5,036 nucleotides of DNA, from positions 1 through 5,036 of the forward strand of contig NW_021830177.1 in the NCBI RefSeq assembly GCF_006345805.1, written 5' to 3'. The notes beneath the pieces are model-generated. The model did not search any database. It was not told where the DNA came from and worked only from the letters and a program-made list of their open reading frames with translations. A program made the position numbers and the translations under genes. Below are positions 1 through 5,036 of the stretch, piece after piece (position 1 is the first letter of the stretch; each line of letters begins with the position of its first letter). The DNA comes from Octopus sinensis. Taxonomy: Eukaryota.

Positions 1-6
1 AAGGGG

Positions 7-203
7 TATATATTTATATGTGTGTGTTGTGTGTGTGTGTGTATGTTTGTGTGCGTGTCTGTGTTCGTCCCCCTTCATCGCTTTGACAACCGATGTTGGA
101 GTGTTTACGTCCCCGTAACTTAGCGGTCCTGTGGTCGATTTGTTCGGCTAAAGGTGGTGCTCCAGCATGGCCGCGATCAAATGCCTGAAACAAGTAAAAG
201 AAT
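7..203 (+). mobile_element. Family-1 (CORE-like, tRNA-derived) SINE, 3' half only (copy 1), with a 51-bp internal deletion
   Basis: Aligns to the reverse complement of 3037-3295: TA/TG microsatellite, then gtcccc..catcgct(t)tgacaaccgatg..gtgtttacgtccccgtaacttagcggt, then cctgtggtcgatttg..ctaaaggtggtgctccagcatggccgc..aaatg.ctgaaacaagtaaaag. The segment equivalent to 3128-3178 is missing at junction 127/128. Confidence 0.85.
18..64. repeat. Imperfect (TG)n microsatellite, internal to family-1 SINE copy 1
   Basis: Direct reading: tgtgtgtgttgtgtgtgtgtgtgtatgtttgtgtgcgtgtctgtg. Confidence 0.9.
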
Positions 204-401
204 ATATATATATATACATATATTGGTTTCAGATTTTGGCAGAAGGCCAACAATTGCGGGAAAATGGATAATTCGATTACATCGACCCCAGTACGCAACT
301 GGTACTTAAGTTGTCGACCCCGAAAGAATGAAAGGCAAAGTCGACCTCGGCAGAATTCGAACTCAGAACCTAAACATGGACGTAAACACTCCAACATCGG
401 T
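89..401. repeat. Perfect 24-bp inverted repeat (arms 89-112 and 378-401)
   Basis: 89-112 accgatgttggagtgtttacgtcc is the exact reverse complement of 378-401 ggacgtaaacactccaacatcggt. It does not extend on either side. Confidence 0.95.
202..222. repeat. (TA)n microsatellite between two SINE 3' ends
   Basis: atatatatatatatacatata. Confidence 0.85.
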
Positions 402-405
402 AAGC
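221..405 (-). mobile_element. Family-2 tRNA-derived SINE, 5'-truncated (copy A)
   Basis: Shares tcgaccccagt..aactggtactta..tcgaccccgaaa..atgaaaggcaaagtcgacctcggc.gaatt.gaactcagaa with 3925-4056 and 4386-4474. A B-box-like GAGTTCGAATTC is present on the minus strand (353-364). The A-box region is absent. Confidence 0.85.
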
Positions 406-711
406 GTACATTAATCCTTTTCTCGTCACTGACGATTACAGCGAGGCCTATGAAACCTTCATTGCTGGAGCGATTTTATTAATACTCCTTGTAACAACGG
501 CTGATACAGATTGAGTTGTTCCTCAGTTTTGCTTTGTCATGGACCCCCTAAAGATAAAATCGGGCGTGCCATCATGAAATATGACTTTTCTTGCTGGGTA
601 CTTAATCAAAGCAGGGTGTGGGGAAAGGTGCCATTCAAGGTTTGAGCACAAGAGACTTCTTGCGAAGAAAAGAGAGAGGATAAAAGACAAGAAATAGAAA
701 GTCAAAAGACG

Positions 712-867
712 GAGTCGGCTCCGTTACAGTAATGGTACTTTTAATTGACACCGAAAAGGTGAACAGTAAAAATGACCTTCACTGAATTTGAACTCAGAGT
801 TCAGAGAGCCGGAACGAATATTGCGACTCATTCTATACGACGCTCTGAAGACTGCCAATTCGCCGCC
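712..867 (-). mobile_element. Degraded, older family-2 SINE (copy D)
   Basis: tggtacttttaattgacaccgaaaaggtgaacagtaaaaatgacc..tgaatttgaactcagag..ctgccaattcgccgcc is collinear with copies B and C but more diverged. The left boundary is uncertain. Confidence 0.7.
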
Positions 868-894
868 CCCGCATTCCTTCAGTGTATTTAAATG

Positions 895-1030
895 CACACA
901 CTCACACGCAAGTACATGTACACACATGCACACATACACATACATATACATACACACACACACATACATAATGTATATCTGTATGAGTGTATTTATATAA
1001 AACACAGACATACATGTGTGTATATAGAGA

Positions 1031-1060
<30 letters not shown>
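895..1060. repeat. Compound (CA)n/(TA)n/(TACA)n microsatellite
   Basis: Imperfect CA/TA alternation, with (TACA)7 at 1031-1058. Confidence 0.9.
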
Positions 1061-1061
<1 letters not shown>

Positions 1062-1062
<1 letters not shown>

Positions 1063-1966
1063 GAGAGATAGAGAGAGAGGGAGAGAGAGGAGGAGCTGAG
1101 AGAGAAAAGGAGAGGGAGACCAGGAGAAAACGAAGAAGAGAGAAGAGAGATGAAAAGTGAAAGAGAGAGGAGAAAGTGAAGTGGGAGATGGAGAGAGAAA
1201 GAAAAAGAGGAGAGAGGAGAAAATAAGAAGATAAAGAAGGAGGGAGAAGCAAGGAAGCGAGGGAGAGAGAGAAGTAGTGAGGGATACCAGGGGAAAGTGC
1301 GGGAGAGACAGGAGAGAAGGAAAGAGAAGGCGAGGGAAGGAAGAGAAGGGAGTGATGGGGAGAGAAAGTAAAAAGAGGAGAGAGGAGATAAAGAAGGAGG
1401 GAGAAGTGAGGGAGCGAGGGAGGGAGATAGAGAGAGGAGACGAGATAAAGAAGGAGGGAGAAGTGAGGGAGCGAAGGAGGGAGAGAGAGAGAGAGAGATA
1501 AGAAGATAAAGGAGGGAGAAATGAAGGAACGAGGGAGGGAGGGAGAGAGAGAGGAGGTGAGAGAGGGAGATCAGGGGAAAGTGAGGGAGAAGGACAGAGA
1601 GAAGGACAGAGAAGGAGAGAGAAGAAAGGCAAGGGGGAGATGGGGAGAGAAAGCGAAAAGAGGAAAGAGGGGGCGATAAGGAGATAAAGAAGGAGGGAGA
1701 AGCGAAGGAGCAAGGGAGGGAGAGAGAGAGGAGGTGAGAGAGAAGGAGAGAGGGAGACCAGGGGAAAGTGAGGGAGAAGGACAGAGAGAAGGAGAGAGGA
1801 GAAAGACAAGGGGGAGATGGGGAGAGAAAGAAAAAAGAGGAAAGAGGAAGCGATAAGGAGATAAAGAAGGAGGGAGAAGCGAGGAAGCAAGAGAGAGAGA
1901 GAGAGAGAGGGGGGGAGAGGGAGAGAGGGAGTGAGTGAGAGAAATTGGTAGAGAGGAAAGGCAAGA
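1062..1966. repeat. Polypurine (GA-rich) minisatellite: about four units of ~160-190 bp plus two ~57-61-bp sub-repeats
   Basis: Anchor gataaagaaggagggagaag at 1230, 1387, 1444, 1505 (variant), 1683 and 1860 (spacings 157, 57, 61, 178, 177). Anchor gatgg(g/a)gagagaaag at 1187, 1354, 1639 and 1816. Anchor cagg(g/a)gaaa at 1121, 1288, 1572 and 1759. Confidence 0.9.
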
Positions 1967-2120
1967 ATTTGCCTAATTAATTATAGTTTAGAGAATACTT
2001 GATTGTGAGTGCAATGTTACACATGAACGAACATGAAGTGTGCTCTAGGCCTGGCCTGTTCTTTAGTACACACACACTCATAGCTATTCGTTTATATTGT
2101 TTTGGTGGTTTCTAATAACT

Positions 2121-3098
2121 GACTGCGAGGCCATACTGGAGCACTGTCTTCAACAGACGGCTTTCATCGTTTGAATCGAGCCCTAGGCTACGAAAGAAAT
2201 AAAAAGGGGCAAAATTGATTTGAGCGCAATTTGGACTCAAAGTACAAAGAGATAGGATCACGTTAGATTTCCTCCATCCACCAGGCTATCGTTTTATTGT
2301 TTCAATGGACTGCGGCCATACTGGTGCACTGACTTGAACAGACAGCTTTCATCGTTTGAACCGAGCCCTAGGCTACGAAAGAAATAAAAAGGGCCAAATT
2401 GATTTGAGCGCAATTCGGACTCAAAGTACAAAGAGATGGGATCACGTTAGATGTCCTCCAGCCACCAGGCTATCGTTTTATTGTTTCAATGGACTGCGGC
2501 CATACTGGTGCACTGACTTGAACAGCCAGCTTTGAGTATGAGACACTGGAAGAAGAAAAATTAAAGGCAATGTTGACCTGAGTGTAATTTGGTCTTAAAG
2601 TACAAACGGATGATATCTTGTTAAAATTCTTCCAGCCACTTTTTGAATTACTTTTTTATTCTTTTACTCTTTCACTTGTTTCAGTCATTTGAGTGAGGCC
2701 ATGCTGGAGCACTGTCTTCAACAGACGGCTTTCATCGTCTGAATCGAGCCCTAGGCTACGAAAGAAATAAAAAGGGCCAAATTGATTTGAGCGCGCAATT
2801 TGGACTCAAAGTACAAAGAGATGGGATCACGTTGAATTTCCTCCAGCCACCAGGCTATCGTTTTATTGTTTCAATGGACTGCGGCCATACTGGTGCACTG
2901 ACTTGAACAGCCAGCTTTGAGTATGAGACACTAGAAGGAGAAAAATTAAAAGCAAGGTTGACCTGAGTGTAATTTGGTCTTAAAGTACAAACGGATGATA
3001 TCTTGTTAAAATTCTTCTAGCCACTTTTTGAATTACTTTTTTTATTCTTTTACTCTTTTACTTGTTTCAGTCATTTGACTGCGGCCATGCTGGAGCAC
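2121..3098. repeat. Higher-order tandem array A1-A2-B1-A3-B2 (monomers 184-200 bp), each starting with an antisense SINE 3'-end fragment
   Basis: Monomer starts (gactgcggccat.ctgg.gcac-like) at 2121, 2308, 2492, 2691 and 2877, and again at 3077 within the adjacent SINE. Lengths are 187, 184, 199, 186 and 200. A copies are near-identical to each other, as are B copies. A and B are more distantly homologous (ttga..tgag.g.aatttgg.ct.aaagtacaaa..gatg..atc..gtta.a.ttc.tccagccac). Confidence 0.92.
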
Positions 3099-3459
3099 CA
3101 CCTTTAGTTGAGCAAATCGACCAAAGGACTTATTCTTTGTAAGCCTAGTACTTATTCTATCGGTATCCCTTTTGGCGAACCGCTACGTTACGGGGACATA
3201 AACACACCAGCACACCATCGGTTGTCAAGCGATGTTGGGGAGACAAACACAGACACACAAACATATACACACAAATACATATATATACATATATACGACA
3301 GGCTTCTTTTAGTTTCCGTCTACCAAACTCACTCACAAGACTTTGGTCGGCCCGAGGCTATAGTAGAAGATACTTGCCCAAGGTGCCACGCAGTGGGACT
3401 GAACCCGGAACCATGGGGCTGGTAAGCAAGTTACTTACTGCACAGCCACTTCTGCGCCT
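3037..3459 (-). mobile_element. Full-length family-1 (CORE-like) tRNA-derived SINE (copy 2)
   Basis: Minus strand reads GGCGCAGAAG-TGGCTGTGCAG (A-box-like) ... GGTTCAGTCCC (B-box-like) ... CCTTGGGCAAGTATCTTCTACTATAGCCTC (resembles the CORE-domain CCTTGGGCAAGT motif), then an internal TA/TG microsatellite, body and A-rich tail (aagtaaaagagtaaaagaataaaaaaa). No clear TSD. Confidence 0.88.
3395..3448 (-). promoter_or_regulatory. Internal RNA Pol III type-2 promoter-like A box (3438-3448) and B box (3395-3405) of SINE copy 2
   Basis: Resemblance to the TRGCNNARYGG and GGTTCRANNCC consensus with tRNA-like spacing. The A box is imperfect and activity is unknown. Confidence 0.55.
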
Positions 3460-3850
3460 TCAAGTTTTCACCAGATTATCTTCAAAACTGTTGTCTTGCA
3501 TACTGATAACGAAAATTGTATTAATCCCCCCACCCCGCTCCCAGAAAATGATAAGATATTACCAGGGTAGAAATTTTTGTTTTAAATCTGGTAAAATTTT
3601 GAAAAAATTTCAAGTGGTTGAAAGGAATTTAATAAGATCCAAGGGATGTAAGCAAATACCACAAAATTTTTCGTTCTTAGACGCTCTACCGATTCTGGGA
3701 ATTACTTGTCCATATGCCTCTGTCGCCAAATTTTTTTAGTTATTTTAATATAAGAAGTTCGCTTCGCAAGCACATAGTATCGGGTTCGGTTCCACTGCGC
3801 GGCAATTTGGGCAAGCGACTTCTACTATAACCTCGGGCCGTCAAATACCT

Positions 3851-4124
3851 ATTTCTTTACTACCCACAAGGGGCTAAACACAGAGATGACAAACAAGGAC
3901 AGACAAACGGATTAAGTCGATTATATCGACCCCGGTGCGTAACTGGTACTTAATTTATCGACCCCGAAATCGACCCCAGTGCGTAACTGGTACTTAATTT
4001 ATTGACCCCGAAAGGATGAAAGGTAAAGTCGACCTCGGCGAAATTTGAACTCAGAAATTAACGGCAGACGAAATACTGCTAAGCATTCGCCCAGCGTGCT
4101 AACGTTTCTGCCAGCTCAACGCCT
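3851..4124 (-). mobile_element. Full-length family-2 tRNA-derived SINE (copy B), nested in family-1 copy 3
   Basis: Minus strand reads AGGCGTTGAGC-TGGCAGAAACGTT (A-box-like, 4101-4113) ... GAGTTCAAATTT (B-box-like, 4041-4052), then central CCTTTCATCCTTTCGGGGTC(A/G)ATAAATTAAGTACCAG and tail. Flanked by a perfect 15-bp TSD, with 8 extra nt (tatataca, 4125-4132) at the 5' junction. Confidence 0.92.
3925..4012. repeat. 44-bp tandem duplication inside SINE copy B
   Basis: 3925-3968 versus 3969-4012: 42 of 44 identical. Copies A and C have a single unit. Confidence 0.93.
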
Positions 4125-4337
4125 TATATACAGGCCGTCAAATACCTTGTAAGTAAATTCGATAGATGGAAACTGTATGGCAGACTATCATATATGTGTG
4201 CACACATGTGTGTGCTTTCGTATCTTCGAATTTGTCCCTAAACCATTTGGGAACCGGTGTTGGTTTATTTTCCGTAACATAGGGGTTCGACATAAAAGAA
4301 CAGAAGAGTTAGTACCATACTTAATAAATAATGATAA

Positions 4338-4520
4338 GGCTTTCTACTATAGGCACAATGCATGAAATTTGGGGGAAGGCGGATAGTCGATCCCAGTGTT
4401 TCAATGGTACTTAATTTATCGACCCCGAAAGGATGAAAGGCTAAGTCGACCTAGACGGAATTTGAATTCAGAACGTAAGCATTTTCCCGACTTGCTAACG
4501 ATTCTGCCAGCTCACCGCCT
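4338..4520 (-). mobile_element. Family-2 SINE (copy C) with two small internal deletions and a degenerate TSD
   Basis: Intact head (aggcggtgagctggcagaatcgttagc on the minus strand) and central domain. It lacks 21 nt relative to copy B at ~4476 and one arm of the gtcgat-nnn-atcgac hairpin at ~4390. Flanks 4321-4337 (ttaataaataatgataa) and 4521 onward (ttaacaaataat...gataa) match. Confidence 0.85.
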
Positions 4521-4526
4521 TTAACA

Positions 4527-4574
4527 AATAATAATAATAATAATAATAATGATAATAATAATAATAATAATGAT
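4527..4574. repeat. (AAT)8-GAT-(AAT)6-GAT microsatellite
   Basis: Direct reading. Confidence 0.95.
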
Positions 4575-5036
4575 GCAGTACCAGGCAGTGGCTCTCATGG
4601 CTTCTGATCTTAACTGATTGGAAGTGTTATCATGTACATTGTTTTGTCTTGGTATAAAAGATGGGCTACAGCAAATATTCTGCTCAATACCACAGATTTG
4701 CTTGTCAGTTGTTTGACCTTAACCAGTTGAGCATGTCCCTTAGTGGCTGACAATACGTGCATCTCTGATCACGAGCAGAAGTAGTGGGGGAGCATCATGG
4801 CCATGTGTTGAGCGGGATTCTTTGGAGTTTGATGGTTCACCTCTAGAAACATAGGTGTTTCGTTCAACATCCTAAAGCAACCCTATTCAAGGACCTTTTG
4901 AGCAGGATGGGCTACTCAACCTGAAGAAAATTCTAACTGGGCCCCCCTGCAAGGTCATGTGCTGTTTATCTTGATATGAGATCACCATGTCGCGCACATA
5001 TGGTTGTGATGCATGTGCCTGGTGTACCTTTATGCA
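4572..5036. mobile_element. Unclassified interspersed repeat, probably a non-coding retroposon-derived segment, running off the window end
   Basis: Complex sequence starting directly at the (AAT)n tract, with no ORF in the supplied track. I recall this sequence (gatgcagtaccaggcagtggctctcatggcttctgatcttaac...) as a high-copy octopus repeat usually adjacent to (AAT)n. This is unverified, and class and orientation are unresolved. Confidence 0.55.

Larger units (their letters stand above)
3836..4147. repeat. 15-bp target-site duplication ggccgtcaaatacct (3836-3850 and 4133-4147)
   Basis: Exact direct repeat bracketing copy B. Removing the insert and one repeat restores a continuous family-1 SINE. 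Confidence 0.93.
3751..4337 (+). mobile_element. Diverged family-1 SINE (copy 3), interrupted by family-2 copy B and ending at the copy C insertion
   Basis: 3751-3850 (taagaagttcgcttc..cgggttcggttccactgcgcggcaatttgggcaagcgacttctactataacctcgggccg) and 4148-4330 (tgtaagtaaattcgatagatggaaactg, microsatellite, tttgtccc..aaccggtgttggttt..ccgtaacataggggttcg..agtacc) are collinear with the copy 2 sense strand. The extreme 5' end (A box) is missing. Confidence 0.75.

Noticed and set aside
14-482. ORFs 14-397 (-) and 264-482 (+)
   Set aside because: They run through SINE copies and microsatellites and have no recognisable domain.
404-514. Short frame reading AYINPFLVTDDYSEAYETFIAGAILLILLVTTADTD* with a hydrophobic stretch
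   Set aside because: No start codon or convincing acceptor site, only 36 codons, and compatible with chance in AT-rich DNA. RNA-seq junction evidence would be needed.
423-527. CTGANGA motifs at 429-435 (+, followed by gaaa at 452) and 520-526 (-), and the palindrome tcgtca-c-tgacga at 423-435
   Set aside because: Stem II cannot be closed before GAAA at the first site, and the second site has no GAAA after its stem. A 6-bp palindrome is expected by chance. The CTGAAGA at 4921 also lacks the rest of the fold.
724-1964. Long minus-strand ORFs (388, 323 and 116 aa) and the plus-strand 74-aa ORF
   Set aside because: Leu/Ser/Pro/Phe or Arg/Glu/Gly low-complexity translations of the polypurine array and microsatellites. 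Stop codons are absent only because the minus strand has almost no A.
1062-3076. Both arrays have periods near the nucleosome repeat length (~160-200 bp)
   Set aside because: Periods are irregular, the arrays are unrelated, and nothing in the sequence alone supports nucleosome phasing.
2121-3098. CRISPR-like or retrozyme (hammerhead satellite) interpretation of the array
   Set aside because: The inter-repeat sequences are themselves repeated and 150+ bp long, the context is eukaryotic, and there are no cas genes. I found no CTGANGA hammerhead core on either strand of the monomers.
3465-3596. Imperfect inverted repeat ttttcaccagatt / aatctggtaaaa (possible MITE ends)
   Set aside because: Short, gapped and AT-rich, with no TSD seen.
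3395-4124. Possible tRNA genes
   Set aside because: The A/B boxes are SINE heads continuing into SINE bodies, and no complete cloverleaf is evident.
3108-4365. ORFs 3108-3425, 3374-3739 and 4177-4365
   Set aside because: Largely or partly within SINE sequence, with no recognisable protein motif or splice context.
221-4520. All four family-2 SINEs lie on the minus strand
   Set aside because: n=4 is too small (1 in 8 by chance for one shared orientation).

Overview
Non-coding, repeat-dense eukaryotic DNA, either intronic or intergenic. The repeat families match, from memory and not from a database search, the high-copy SINEs of Octopus (coleoid cephalopod) genomes. No protein-coding gene, true tRNA gene or CRISPR array is supported, and all listed ORFs are explained by low complexity or chance. 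Contents: three copies of a tRNA-derived CORE-like SINE with an internal TA/TG microsatellite ('family 1'); four copies of a second tRNA-derived SINE ('family 2', all on the minus strand, two nested inside a family-1 copy with target-site duplications); a ~900-bp polypurine minisatellite; a five-monomer A-A-B-A-B tandem array seeded by SINE 3' ends; microsatellites; and an unclassified interspersed repeat abutting an (AAT)n tract. I find no convincing new gene system. The most interesting signals are mechanistic: a perfect 24-bp locally templated inversion at a SINE 5' junction, recombinant monomers that allow the array's history to be reconstructed, and an (AAT)n microsatellite expanding inside one copy of a target-site duplication.
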